A DNA stretch of 64,000 nucleotides, taken from contig NC_068984.1 of NCBI RefSeq assembly GCF_001194135.2, positions 68,083,235 to 68,147,234 on the forward strand, read 5' to 3'. Numbering within the stretch: position 1 is the first letter of the stretch; every line of letters begins with the position of its first letter. Position numbers and translations under genes: made by a program. The notes below the pieces were generated by a model. That model made no database searches and was not told the origin of the DNA. It saw nothing but the letters and a program-made list of their open reading frames with translations. Positions 40,378-57,941 of the stretch are shown here, one piece after another. This DNA is from Octopus bimaculoides. Taxonomy: Eukaryota.

Positions 40378-40939
40378 AGGAGCAGGAGTGGCTGTGTGGT
40401 AAGTAGCTTGCTTACCAACCACACGGTTCTGGGTTCAGTTCAGTCCCACTGCGTGGCACCTTGGGCAAGTGTCTTCTACTATAGCCTTGGGCCGACCAAA
40501 GCTTTGTGAGTGGATTTGGTAGACAAAAACTGAAAGTAGCCTGTCGTATATATGTGTNNNNNNNNNNNNNNNNNNNNNNNNNNNNNNNNNNNNNNNNNNN
40601 NNNNNNNNNNNNNNNNNNNNNNNNNNNNNNNNNNNNNNNNNNNNNNNNNNNNNNNNNNNNNNNNNNNNNNNNNNNNNNNNNNNNNNNNNNNNNNNNNNNN
40701 NNNNNNNNNNNNNNNNNNNNATATGTATGTGTGTATGTCCCCCCACCATTGCTTGCCAACTGATGCTGGTGTGTTTACATTCCTGCAATTTAGCGGTTCG
40801 GCAAAAAGAGACCAATAGAATAAGTACTAGGCTTACAAAGAATAAGTCCTGGGGGCGATTTCCTCGACTAAAGGCGGTGCTCCAGCATGGCCGCAGTCAA
40901 ATGACTGAAACAAGTAAAAGAGTAAAAGAGTAAAAAGAG
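40378..40939 (+). mobile_element. Bipartite SINE family C, well-preserved copy (internal microsatellite lies in a gap)
   Basis: tRNA-like head, CORE-like gcaccttgggcaagtgtcttctactatagcc, second half ending atgactgaaacaagtaaaagagtaaaagag. Confidence 0.9.
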
Positions 40940-41379
40940 CAAAGAAACAAAAACATCAACCCACAAAGGGATGTGAAATTGACCCAAAGGGAATATCAGA
41001 ACGCTCAACAACTCTGTCTTCTGCCGTAAAGGGTTCTTTCTTCTCTCCTTACTGTAACCTGCTAGAAGATTTCAATAACAGACCACTTACTTGCTTTCAT
41101 TAACTATTTGTATTAACAATAATAGAAATGACTTTTCTATTGGCCTCAAGGACCCATGACATTAAAGACCATATAATAAACTACAAAGTAAAACATCAAA
41201 CAAGACACAGTAAAAGAGTTATATAAAATAAAAATCATAGGATCAAGCAGACAAAATGATCCATTAATAGATATATAATAATATAAATCAGTAAAGTCGA
41301 TGTTACTACTTTTTAGCCCCAGGAAAACATCTTTTCCAGCTAGTTACCGGCACGTGATCTGTGCCCATATAATATAAAG

Positions 41380-45065
<3,686 letters not shown>

Positions 45066-45842
45066 TAATGATAATGATGATGATGATGATGATGAATTAC
45101 TTTTAACTGCTTTCTATCTGACCACTAAACAAAATTACATTTGAAAATAGTAAAAAAAGAAGACAAGATAGAAGAAAAGAGAGAAGACCAAAAAAAATAG
45201 TCATACTGAGTACTGCTAGTAGTCAAGTATAGATATACATGGACATCAGTAATTTGTAAGTGGATGTTAATAATTCATCAAACAGTAGAATTTTAAAACA
45301 GTATTCTACATATTGAAAAGAAAGAACAAAGCAAATAAAAAGAGGAATTTTTAAAGACAACAAAAGTGAAAAACCAAAAAGATGTTAATTCTGTTAAGAA
45401 ACAGGTGATGATGTTAAAAGTTTGACTTCAATATTTTAATTACATTTTTACTTTTTCTTCTCTGTAAGAAAAAAAAACACATTATTTTCTAAATTTTGAT
45501 TGCAAGTATTCTATTTTTATTATTGAGACATTCCTTTGACAATTTTAGCACCACTATGATTTTGAGGACTCTATATGCTTGCAAAATAGTATATATATGT
45601 ATATATATATATATTTATTCTACATGTATTTATTGGTATCTGATTGTTTGATATAGTAAACCAAATTCATTTAACATTGAGTGCTTTATAGATATCTGCC
45701 TCGACTTATTAATCCCTTTTACTAATATATATGTATGTATATATATGTGTGTGCATGAATGTGTGTGTATACATGTTTATGTATATGTATATATGTATAT
45801 ATGCATATACATATGTATGTGTGTACATACATATGTATGTGT

Positions 45843-45895
<53 letters not shown>

Positions 45896-45899
<4 letters not shown>

Positions 45900-45910
45900 T
45901 AGATAGATAT

Positions 45911-45984
<74 letters not shown>
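45896..45984. repeat. (GATA)n tetranucleotide tract next to (TA)n
   Basis: Direct observation. Confidence 0.95.
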
Positions 45985-45985
<1 letters not shown>

Positions 45986-46565
45986 TATAGAAATTTACTT
46001 GGTACTAAAATAATTGATATCATGAGCAATGTATAAAAAATGCCAACGATTCTTATCAATTGGAACATCCTGGAGAGTTTTGTAGAATTCTAAAAATAAT
46101 AAACACTTGGAATCGGTAGATTCTATGAAAAATACATTGTCTGTTCTTGAAAAATGTATTAGATACCGTAAAACCAAACAAACAGAAGATAAAGTTTTAA
46201 AATCTGCCAGAATCAGCATGCATACATACAAACATACACACACACATATACACACATATATATATGTTTTAAACGTTGCAGGCTTCACAAATGAATGTAT
46301 GAAATAATATGTGCCTGTTTGCATGAGAAACGTAGCGATGAAATGCTAGCATGTGTGTATGAAAGTGAAAGTACATATGTGAGTGGTTGTTTCAAGAATG
46401 AAGGTTTCGTGTTTGAGTAAGAAAAAGAGATTAAGACTCTCTGTTTCTATAAGCGTGGGAGAAAAAGAAGAGGGATAGAGAAGATGAAAGATAAAGACTG
46501 GGAAGAGACAGATTGGGACATAAAGATAACCATAGAGTTAGATAAATTGATTGGTAGATAGATGA

Positions 46566-46609
<44 letters not shown>

Positions 46610-46861
46610 TATACACACACACAGAGAGGGAGAAAAGCGAAAGAGTGAGAAATATGAGCAAAATGAGAGGAACATATCTGAAAGAAAATTGTTGTTTATA
46701 TCACTGTGTATAAAAATAAACTATAAAGGCTAAGTGGGAACAAAGATAAGAGTATGGAAGAAAAAAATTGCAAGCAAAACACAAACCGCTAACATGAACT
46801 TACAAATACTTAGAACACACACGTGCAAGTGGTTTGCAGCTTGGCATAAAGACGCAAATCA

Positions 46862-46951
<90 letters not shown>

Positions 46952-47558
46952 CTACATTATTTTATATTATATATATATATTATATTATAAATATATGAAA
47001 GTTAAATATGGATGTATTCGTAGAAATATATGTACCATATAATAACAAAGCAAACTCACTAAATAGAAAAATCAATTGCAAACTCCAGACTAACAAAACA
47101 TTATGGGAATACAGGGAGAACACAGAATATGAAATATATTAGAAAAATGATGAAAAAAAAAAAAGTATCTATAATGAAATCAAAACACACAGAGAGTAAA
47201 GTAACGCATATTTCACATTATCATGTTGTGTGTATGTGTATGGGGGGTGGAATTTTAAAATTTATGTACATTTTCCTTATCTATTTTTCTAGTTATGCTT
47301 ACCTTCAGAGCATCACAAATCTAGAATATGCTTGATCCTTAGAAAATAACTGAGCCATGGTATTGAAAAGAAGTTCTTGTGGATCTTGAGACTGATACCA
47401 TTTCATTGCGTATACTAGCATAATGTTTGTACAACTTTTTATCTGAAAAATTTCATGCAGGAATATTCAAAATGGTTATCAGCTAACACTTTCCCAGTTG
47501 AAGATAAATTATGTACACACATACAGACATAGACATACATATATTCATATATACATAT

Positions 47559-47600
<42 letters not shown>

Positions 47601-47633
47601 ACACACACACACCACACCACGCATATATATGTG

Positions 47634-48282
47634 TGGATCAAAACAGTTTGATTCAAATCCATTGGTACTCTTGAGTTTCAAGTGTTATGCTAGTCAACAG
47701 CCATTTTGAATTCGAAAGACAGGATTGATTGCTATTACCGTAAAGTGGACTGTGATTGGTTGAGGAAAGTCACATGGTGTCGTGGTTTGATGTTGGTATG
47801 AGGGTAACAGTTAGTTGGAAAATACCACATGGGGAACAGGAAATTGACCATATGGATGACAGGAAATAGACCACATGGAGATTAGTAAATTGGTCAGGTT
47901 ATTAGGGGGAGTAAGAAGGGGCAGCATGTACAAGTACATAATTCTATATGAACGCATCTGCAAACCCACATTTAGAACTATATATTTGCACATGCCACCC
48001 CTTCCTACCCCACCACCAATAACTGATTTCCCAATTGCCACTTGGTCTATTTCTGTCCTCCACATGGTCAATTTCCTGTTCACCATGGGGTATTTTCCAA
48101 CTAACTGTTACCCATATACCAATATCAAACCACAACACTGTGTAACCTTCCTTGACCAATAGCAGCCCACCTAACGGTAATAACAATCAACTTCTGTCAT
48201 TCAAATTCAAAATGGCTGATGACTAGCAACATATTTGAAACTCAAGAGAACAAACAAATTTGAATCAAACTGTTTTGATCCA
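47634..48282. mobile_element. Old fold-back element with ~315-bp inverted arms
   Basis: Ends tggatcaaaacagtttgattcaaat ... atttgaatcaaactgttttgatcca; complementarity is traceable to 47950/47969, leaving an ~18-bp spacer; arms are diverged (roughly 75-80% by eye); TA-rich flanks. Confidence 0.88.
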
Positions 48283-48344
48283 TTTATATAACTCCAAATA
48301 AACTTCTTTAGTGCCTTTCTTTTGTTTGTCCACTCACTCGTATA

Positions 48345-48519
48345 TCATCATCGTCGTTTAACGTCCGCTTTCCATGCTAGCATGGGTTGGATGATTTCAC
48401 TGAGGACTGGTGAAACCGGATGGCAACACCAGGCTCCAATATAATTTGGCAGAGTTTCTACAGCTGGATGCCCTTCCTAATGCCAACCACTCAGAGAGTG
48501 TAGTGGGTGCTTTTACGTG

Positions 48520-48522
<3 letters not shown>
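48345..48522 (-). mobile_element. RTE 3' UTR-derived element
   Basis: Near-identical to 26650-26830. Confidence 0.88.
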
Positions 48523-48554
<32 letters not shown>

Positions 48555-48835
48555 TACACACACACATACGCATGCACACATACATGTATATATATGTATA
48601 TACATCTATATACGTATATATATGCTTGCATACATACATATATGTTTGTGTGCATTCATAAATACACGTTTCATATATCTCCATATGTGTGTGTGTATGT
48701 GCCCATAAATATATATATATATCTGGCCTTTCAACTGGATTTGGAGTACCCAACTGCCGGAATTGTTTGTACCTTGGATTACTGTTCCTGTTGGACTACT
48801 GTTCCTGTTGGATCATGCCTTTCCTGCACCTTGAT

Positions 48836-48867
<32 letters not shown>

Positions 48868-48886
48868 TATATAGATAAAAACATAC

Positions 48887-48921
<35 letters not shown>

Positions 48922-50710
48922 NNNNNNNNNNNNNNNNNNNNNNNNNNNNNNNNNNNNNNNNNNNNNNNNNNNNNNNNNNNNNNNNNNNNNNNNNNNNNNN
49001 NNNNNNNNNNNNNNNNNNNNAATTGTTTGTACCTTGGATTACTGTTCCTGTTGGACTACTGTTCCTGTTGGATCATGCCTTTCCTGCACCTTGATTATAT
49101 ATATATATATATGTATGTACATATATATGCCTATATACAGGTATACATATGAAGATATATATATATATATTTTTTTTTTTCTGTATAAAAGAGGAGAAAT
49201 TGTTACAAAAATATATTACATTGCATTCTGGAGCAAGTGCATTCTAAAGGGATATTCTTACTTTGAAAAGAAAAAGAAGAGGAAACAACAATAGAAAAGA
49301 AACGAATTATACAGTCTGCACCAAAGAAGGCCTCAAATGTATAAACTATATACTCAAAATCTATGAGGTGACGTTGAGAAACCTAACTAAAAAATGGGAA
49401 AATAACTACAGAGTTGAAAGATTTTGAAGGTCAATGCCTCAATTGTAAAATGTTGCTCATGAAATCAAACAAGAAAGCGTTTTCTTGAATGAACAGTTTA
49501 GTTGCTTAGTCTAGCAGTGTGAATCAAAAACATATGCATTAGAATCATTGGTATCACATCTATATATAGTTCATCATTACTAACTATTACAGAATCAGAA
49601 ATATTCTCACTCATGCTATAAATGACAATTATTCATTCCAAGTTTGTTATAAATAGTTGGTCATGTCTAAAAACAAAATAAACAACCAATATCTCACAAC
49701 TTCTCACTTTTTCTCATTGCAAGTCTACAAATATATTATTATCAAAAAACTGCACTCAAAGACTTGGCTTCCATTTCAAAGCCAGATTATGCATCCTACT
49801 TAATCAATTGCTGATTCTTGAGAGAAACTACCCTTGGTGAGCACTGTGACATGCACAAAAATCTCTCCATGGGATTTACATGGAAGAATACTGTTATGTC
49901 TCAAGCTATCTAGCACCTTCGGATGATCTCTACTTAACTGCTACTCGACTGCTACTCAACAATCCTACCAGGGCCACACTATTTCTATTTATATGTCTTG
50001 GGAGATCCTACTTCTTCGCCTGGGGGCGTCGACACAACAGATACAAAAGTAGTTCTTTCCTTCTTTCCAGAGCCCCCACCCACCCCCGCCAAAAAAAAAA
50101 TCTTGTGGGTAAGCAACAACTAATTCTGAGAGAGTGAAAGAAGTAAGAAGTAAGGAGTATCAGTCTATGACAAGAACTTAATCGATCCTAAAAAGAAGGT
50201 CAAACTTAAAGTTGCTTGTAGCAGAATTTGAACTCAGGATACAGAAATATGTGAACAATTATCACACAACATTTTATCTGAAGTTCTAATGAGTTGGTTA
50301 TTTCACTACCTTCACATTAGGGTACTGTGCACATATCCTAGCTAGGTCAACTGCTGTTTATGCAAACACAAAAGAAAAGGCCATTCAGCAAAACCTCACC
50401 CATTAGCACATTAAATCTTTGGATCATAGACATTTTGTTTCATTTCTGTCACTTTTGTTACTAAACCAGCCACTGCCCCAAGCTTCATATTACCTCCATT
50501 CAAGCTTCTGCTATGTATTCTAGGTGTCATAGGTAGGCAATGTATACTACTAGAAGCAGTAATTTCTCTTTATAATTTTGCTCTTGTCTTATCATAATTT
50601 GATTTCAAATGTTACAGTACACACACAAGAGAAAAGATTAAGACAGATTAAAGTTGTATTATGTACAGAATACTCTGGAGTTAGTATATGTATTTTTGAG
50701 AAATACTTAC

Positions 50711-50820
50711 TCCAGAATAGTATGTTCACCATGGTATCGCAGCCTGTGACAAACACCATCATATGTGATTGGTTGACAAACAAAAATAGAAGCTAACAGC
50801 AGTTTGTAATGGTGTTTTCC
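50711..50820 (-). CDS. Candidate coding exon (110 nt, phase 0-2), product unknown
   Basis: Acceptor ttagttatttag, consensus donor GGA|gtaagt; GKHHYKLLLASIFVCQPITYDGVCHRLRYHGEHTIL; phase-compatible with a candidate at 51364-51421. Confidence 0.27.
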
Positions 50821-52871
50821 CTAAATAACTAATTTGTAAATCATTTAAATGAATTGCACAAGTTTGACATTTGACTCAAACTAACAAGGGAAATAGCAGC
50901 CAAGTAGTAATGAAAATAAATATAAAACATCCTTATTAATCCTATCAATGGTCTGAAGTCTCTTTCTCCATACTGACATAGTTTGAATGTTTCTTACACT
51001 GTGACTTATCATCACTCATTTTAGCCTTCTATTACCTTAACTGAGAGACCTTAGTACACTATGATCTGCTCTCACTACTTCTTTTGCATATTCCTCAGTG
51101 TGTATTTTCTATCTGATAATGAATGCTTGCTTCTGATACTTTGGCAACTGTAATTTTATCCTCATAGGAAAAGCGATCCAAAAATGTTAAATATATTCTC
51201 AAAAGTTTTGATTCAATTCAGATAACTATCTTTATTTCATTTTACTTCCAAAAAGTGAAAAAGAAAACAAAATTGAAAATCAGACAAAGCCAAAAGCGAA
51301 AGAAGCTTCTAGAAAAGTTTTTAAATCTATTTTCAAGCTAACTCTGCTCCATCATTCAATTACTAGTGTTAGTGTAAAGAAATTATTGGTACTGATTTCA
51401 GGGAAATGGAATTGACAGTCTCTGTAAAGAAATGTGAAATGGAAAGAAGATATTAAACAAACCCATCTTGCAAAAGAAAATAGCCATTAGAATATTATGG
51501 TAAAGTATCCCAGTGTGTTGAAAGAAATGGTATATTGTGATGATAGGTTTTTAAGTCTTAAATACATGATTTTAAACTACAACTCTAAAATAATTTTTAG
51601 ATGCGAATATAAATAAATGGCAACTCGTTTTCTAGTAGAATTTATAATTCTTATTGAATAGATAGCTCCAGAAAACAGACAGTCTATAAACAGTTTGACA
51701 TCCTTCGATTCACCTAAACTGAAATTAATAGTTATTTGATAATGTTTGTACAAAACTTAAAGAAACTCTAGTAAATAATGGCTATTGTATCTATTCATCT
51801 CATAGCTGAATGGCTACAGTGTTAGTATGTGAGTTGATATTATGGTGAGTTGATATCTCACCACTAATAGCTCAAGGCCCCAACCCTGAACAAAGCACTT
51901 AAAACCCTTGCCTGTAGAAATGTCAAATAAGAACAGACAATTAGATGACACAGTGGTAAATACAGACTACATTGAGAAGTAATGTCTTCATTAGTTGTTG
52001 CTGTTGTTGTTTAGCTTCTAGTCAACTCTTATTAGCTAGACCAACGATGATTAAACTGCGACCAACTTGCATTCATTTTGATATCTGACACTACCATTAT
52101 CCAGTGTATTTTACTCTTTCATTCTATAAAACAGTAAGATATGATTCAAGAAAGATTTGGCTGCTATTTCTAACAGGTTGAGCTGCTACATAGAGGCTAC
52201 GATATTGGTATCATATAACAGATATTACTAGTATTTGGTGCCAGCCAACTCTGATCAACCAGACCTGTAACTAAAAGTATTCTTGCCATGGCCATCAGAC
52301 CAAGTGCTGGCATAGCTGTGTAGTTGAGAAGCTTGCTTTGCAACCAGGTGGTTTTAAGTTCATCCCCACTGCACATCAATGTCTTCTACTATAGCCTCAT
52401 GCTGACCAAAGTTTTGTGAGTCAATTTGTCTGATAGAAACTAAGTGGAACTCTATTATATATATGTATATATATCAAGGCAGTTAGCTGGAAGAAACGTT
52501 AGCATGCCGGGCGAAATGCTTAGTGGTATTTTGTCTGCTGCTACATCTTGAGTTCAAATTTTGCAGAGGTTGACTTTGCCTTTCATCCTTTCAGGGTCAA
52601 TAAAATAAAGACCAATTGCATACTAGGGTCGATCTAATCGTCTTTACCCTCCCACCAAATTTCCAGTCTTGTGTCTATAGCAGAAAGGCTTATACACACA
52701 CAACACACATACACACTACATGTGTGTATGTCTTTGTGCCTTTCTTTGTCCCTAACTCCCACCACTTAATATCTGGTGTTGCTTTATTTATGTCTCCAAA
52801 ACTCAGCTGTTCAGCCAGAGAGACTGATAGAATAAGTAAAAAACTTAAAAATAAATACTGGGGTCAATCTG

Positions 52872-53035
52872 TATGAAATAGCAGCCAAATACCATTCAAA
52901 TCACTACCCTCCTCCACTTTAGAAAAGGAAACATTTTGAATAATATGGAGTGAGGTTCCTTACAAATAGAAAAAAGACAGGATGGTCGTAGTTTGAATGC
53001 TTATGTCCACTCAATCTAGGGTTAAACAGTAACAG
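52872..53035 (+). repeat. Representative of a further old interspersed family (similar copies near 10920-11070, 38645-38840, 52000-52200, 57200-57380)
   Basis: Shared blocks gaaatagcagccaaat...tcaaatc, ggatggtc...gaatgc, ending ...aaacaacaac; heavily diverged. Confidence 0.5.
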
Positions 53036-53559
53036 CAAAATCAACATCTTTTTTCATATCCAAAACTGTAATTATCAATATGACTTCCCTTTTATTAGAC
53101 AGTAGTGTGATTTAAGGAAGATCTGACAACTATTTCAAGCATCTTGAGTGAGCATGCAGTGGCTTCCTCATGCACCATGAACTCATTGGTATTTTGCAGT
53201 GGTCAAACAGCTATTTCTAGCTGGTTGATCAGAGGTTTCTGTCATTTGCCTGTGATGATGAGAAGGAGGATTGTAGTGAGAACAATGATGATGATGATGA
53301 TAATGACAATGATGATGATGATAATGTCACTGCTGCTGCTACAGATGATAATGATGATGATGGTATAGGTGATTATAGTGGAGTATGCTACTATCAATGA
53401 AAATGTTAAAAATATTAGCAATGATTACAGTGAAAATTTAATGGTACACTTCAGATATGCACTGTTCCTATGTACATATAAGCAGTTGTTATTTTCTTTT
53501 CATGTATTTGGTGGTGCTATATCATATGCTTCTTACATCTATATTTATATGTAAGAAAA

Positions 53560-54540
53560 GGTGGTAGTATGTACTGAATTTATGCAAGAATTATGCTTAA
53601 TTGTAAATTTGGAATCACTTTTGAAAACAAACTCTTTTTAGTTTATTCACCAGATTTTCTGCATCCCACAGAATGAATACTTCACCAATATACATAAGAT
53701 ATGGTTTTGTTTAGAAATATCTTTGTTGTCAATGCTAGCCAAGCAGGATGTTGCAAATACAGGCCTGAGTGGAGAACCCATGGCTATTCCATCACACTGT
53801 GTGATTATCTTGAACAATAAAGAAATACCTTTGCTTGCAGAGTAACAGGAACTTACTACGGATGTTTCCTTGCATATAGGGTGCATATTACTGCAGGGTG
53901 AGCATACACTGTCTCTAAATTCTACCTACAGTTTCTATTACACAACATTGATAAAGCAGCTTCAAAACAGAAATGTTGCAAACTTGATCAATTTTTTGTA
54001 AAATGTTCTTTAGTTGGTGTGAGTGATTATTTTATTTGTGATTCTTTATGGTGCCATAGATATGAGCTTAGCTAAACTAATCCTAAATATTCTAAAAGTC
54101 TAGATCCTACTTTAGCATTTTCTGCAGTAATTAATTTATCAAGTTATATTTTTACTTGTGTAGTGTTGATTTTTCTGGTTTTGATGAACTTGTAGTTATC
54201 ATCAGTAGTAATATTGTTCCTTTTTGTATTACATTCATCTTCGTTCGTAAAAACAAACAGATTGTTCTTATCGATTTTATACATAACAATTTTATCGTTG
54301 TTTTTCTGATCCTGTAGAATTAGCTTAGGATTTTATTTAAGTATGTTTTTGTTACAGTAATGATATTTGTATCTCTGTTTATTGCCTTCACACCTGAATA
54401 AGTCTTATAGCTTTCATCCTCAAGAGACTGATAAAATAATTTGAGTTCAAGTTTCTGCTTTGGTCATATTTTACTTTTAGGTGGAAGTTCGTGCTAAAAT
54501 AGAGGAATGTAATTCGATATGTTTGTTTTGTAAGTAGTTA
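53560..54540 (-). mobile_element. Decayed Penelope-like element (N-terminal region and RT)
   Basis: Minus-strand blocks in the expected order: KLFYQSL (~54420), KNNDKIVMYKIDKNNLFVFTNEDECNTKRNNI (~54190-54314; cf. IVI.KADKGN.VV), VIETV (~53930) and QCDGIAMGSPLRPVFA (53752-53799; the PLE RT DG..MGSPL.P..A motif). Several stops and frameshifts. Confidence 0.8.
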
Positions 54541-54784
54541 GGAAAATTGTATTCTTGTACAGACAACAATATTTTATCATTATAAAGACTACTAAGCTTC
54601 CATATGTTGTTATTTCTTATTCAATGTAAAGATAAATTCCATACATTATTGATATGTAAAAAAAAAAATTGATTTTTCTTTTTCATTCTCATTATATATT
54701 GTCATTTATTTTGTTTATTTAAATATATCACTGCAGCAACTATTACTAGTGTTAACAAAATTTTATAGAGTACTTTTGGAAAGT

Positions 54785-54798
54785 GTTGCTATGGAAAC
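54785..54798. promoter_or_regulatory. RFX X-box-like motif GTTGCTATGGAAAC
   Basis: 14-bp near-palindrome matching the GTTNCYATGGNAAC consensus, outside any recognised repeat. Confidence 0.4.
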
Positions 54799-55664
54799 TA
54801 TTCTAATTGCTGTAGGTATAAATAAAAATCCCCATTATGAAGTCCATTTATAAATATGGTGTCACTAACCCTAATAATTGCAAGACTTATGCATAACAGT
54901 CTTAATCAATTAAAGTAGTTGGCCCCATGCAATGTAAGGCCAAGCAATATAGGTTGATATAAGATTTAACCCTTGTAAAACATAAAAGTCTGTCTACATC
55001 TAGAATTAAGGCTCTGCATCTAACCTAACCTTAAAATTATGCAAATGAGCTAACAAAGGAATAGCCACGTGGTCTCTTGAACAGCTAAAAACAGCAGCCA
55101 AATATCTTTGAAGTTCATACTCCACTTTCATAAAAATATGCTACAAATGTATAATGTAACCCAAATTACCCTATTTCTGAAAAAAAAAAATACAAATAAA
55201 ATAAAAACAGACAAGACAGTCATAGTTGGAATTCTTTTCACTATATTCTTCATGAGGTTGATTTGAGGTCTCATGACAACATCAACAACAATTAAACAAA
55301 CCCTCTCTGGATATTGGCCTGAAATTTGGAGGAAGGATATAAACAATTAATTTAGTACTTTATTGTTTATGTGTCTTTTTGTAAAATAAACTGTTAAAAT
55401 TACTCTAATACTTATCTGATACTTTATTTTAATGGCCGATTAAGAATCGAAGACAAAGTCGACTTTTGAAAGATTTGAACTGCAAACACAAAGGGCTGTA
55501 ACTATATGCTGTGTGACAATTATGTCCAGTACTCTAATGATTATGCCAATTTACCACCCTCTCGCCCCAACCACCTTTTCTGGTAAGTCAATAGCATGTG
55601 AATCCGCCAACCAAAAAAGTCCTTTGTCTCTATTCTACTGCTGGCATTTCAATTTATGCTAGAC

Positions 55665-55995
55665 CAGGGCTGGCCAGCCTGAGGCCCGCAGGCTGCATGT
55701 GGCCTACAGACTTTTATCTTGCAGCCTGCTTGATACTATCTTGGAATGAGCTTATTTAAACAAACATTTAAAAAATTTTATCTAAAATTAAAAACTGAAA
55801 TGAAAAGTACAAAAGAAAGATACTACTGTTTTTGCAACGATAATAATTCATGTTGAATCAACGATCATCTATTCATTATTGTAATAATACCATGATAAAG
55901 CAAAATGCTTTCAATTCTGTCAGTATACAAGCGGCCCTCAAAAATCTTTCTGTGATTAAAGTGGCCCACAATATAATTCGAGTTGGCCAAGCCTG
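55665..55995. mobile_element. hAT/Charlie-like MITE (331 bp)
   Basis: TIRs cagggctggcca... / ...tggccaagcctg, subterminal ggccc motifs, 8-bp TSD tgctagac / tcctagac (7/8, CTAG core typical of Charlie targets). Confidence 0.88.
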
Positions 55996-56011
55996 TCCTA
56001 GACCATCATCA

Positions 56012-56217
56012 TTAACCCTTCAGCATTCAGATTTTTCTCTCAAATATAATGCTTGTTTATTCACATTGTTTTGGATTAAACATACATTATCTCATAGCTT
56101 TGAGATTTCAATGATGCAATTGTTAATTTACAATAACATTGTAAGCTGGCCAGTTTAAACATAAAGCAGGTAGATAAATTGGGTCAGATATGGCTGGTTT
56201 AAATGTTAAGAGGTTAA
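56012..56217 (-). mobile_element. piggyBac-like MITE, copy 2
   Basis: TTAA-CCCTTCAGCATT ... AATGTTAAGAGG-TTAA; body is the reverse complement of copies 1 and 3. Confidence 0.78.
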
Positions 56218-56337
56218 ATGGGGACCTCAGCTGAGATAAACCTCACAACCCTCTCTAGATTTCATGATCCTTCATTAATACATTACTGTTTGTGCGATGA
56301 TTTTAAAGTTCAAAACCTTTGATCAAGATACTTATCA

Positions 56338-56504
56338 TAAGTGCAGGTGTGGTTGCATGGTAAGAAGATTGCTTTCCAATCACATGGTTCTAGGCTCAGT
56401 TCCATTGCATGGCACCTTGGGCAAGTGTCATCTACTATAGCCTTGGACCAACCAATGTCTTGTGAGTGAATTTGGTAGACTGAAACTGGAAGTAGCCTGT
56501 CATA

Positions 56505-56536
<32 letters not shown>

Positions 56537-56822
56537 TGTGTGTGTATGCATGTGTGTGTGAGAGCGTGTGAGTGTGTGCGTGTATCTATGTATGTGTGTC
56601 TTTGTGTCTGTGTGTGTATCCAACCACCACTTGACAACATGTTGGTGTGTTTACATTCCTGTAACTTAGCAATTTGGCAAAAGAGACTGATAGAATAAGT
56701 ACCAGGCTTTCAAAAATTTAAGTTCTGGGGTTGATTTGTTCAACTAAAAACCCTTCAAGGTGGTGCCCCGGCATGGCCACAATCAAATGGCTGAAACAAG
56801 TAACAGGTAAAAGATAAAAGAT
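56338..56822 (+). mobile_element. Bipartite SINE family C copy with (TG)n spacer
   Basis: Collinear with 40378-40939. Confidence 0.85.
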
Positions 56823-57941
56823 GTCTAATAATAATATTCAAACATGTCATTCCCTTTTTTTTTTTTAAACATATAAAGTGTAGCTATGGCTATGAGATCA
56901 TGAAGATTGCTTCATAATCAACCACACAAAATGGTGTACTAGTTGAATTCCTCTAATATGTAAAGGTCATTTGTGGTATCATTTAATTTGTGGTAACATT
57001 ATGTATCAATAGCCAAAACACCTAGGCCAAGCTGTAAATAGTTATGATGAGAAATGCAGTTTTGTATTAGAATAAGTAGAAGGAACAAGTTATGTTATTA
57101 GTCTTATCAACTGTCTTGAGGCTCTTATCTACAACCCAAATGAATAATCTGAGCAATAAAGCAAACTTCATCTATACCCAACAGCCATTGAAGGAATTTC
57201 TACCTATCTAGTTGACTAACTTGGAACAGTAACAAAATCTCTCTCGGATCATAGTCTACCATTTTAAAAACAGCAAAGACACATATCAGATAATGCAGTC
57301 ACAAATATTCTCCAAAAAGTGAAAGTATGATCTTGGCTGGAATGCTTTTAATCACGTATCAAACTTGATCTGAATTGACCTGGAGTTAATCATTGTCTCA
57401 TCTCTTGAGCTACTTCACATACAGTATGTTGTCAAATGCAATCAGAAAGTAATAATTCTTTGTGCTGCTTCTAAAGATGTATATGTTCTTGTAACAAAAT
57501 ATTTCTATAGACTCTAACATAAAATAAAATATTTCCAATTCAACTTATCTGAGACACATCCACTCACATATATAAACAAATAAATCTAAATAACTTATTG
57601 TATGCAGTGCTTGTTTTTTTGCTTTTTTTTTCCATCTTTTATTTCACTTTCAGTTTTAATTTGAAACTGAAAGTATTCATCATTTGCATGTAACAGGAAT
57701 TAGGAATTAAGGATAAGAATTAAATAGAAAGTATGAAATTTCGTATCAAAGAGCAGTTGTTCAAAAATGGAAAACATCTCAGTATCATTTATAATGGTAG
57801 CAGATACATGAAGATAATGCTATCTTGTACATTCTTGACTGTACCAATTACTTTTCAGCTTGGCTGAATAAATAGCTAAAATAAGTGAATAGTTATTTAT
57901 CTACATACATAATGTATTTATATTAATATTACATTATATAG

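Noticed and set aside
48761-49115. Identical ~95-bp duplication at 48761-48855 and 49021-49115
   Set aside because: The second copy begins exactly at the end of an N gap and is identical, so it is most likely a contig-overlap artefact.
49880-50137. 85-aa ORF in CpG-containing unique sequence
   Set aside because: No recognisable domain or splice context; left unannotated.
54481-54529. Plus-strand micro-exon with strong splice sites (VEVRAKIEECNSICLF)
   Set aside because: Overlaps the antisense strand of the decayed Penelope-like element; probably coincidental.
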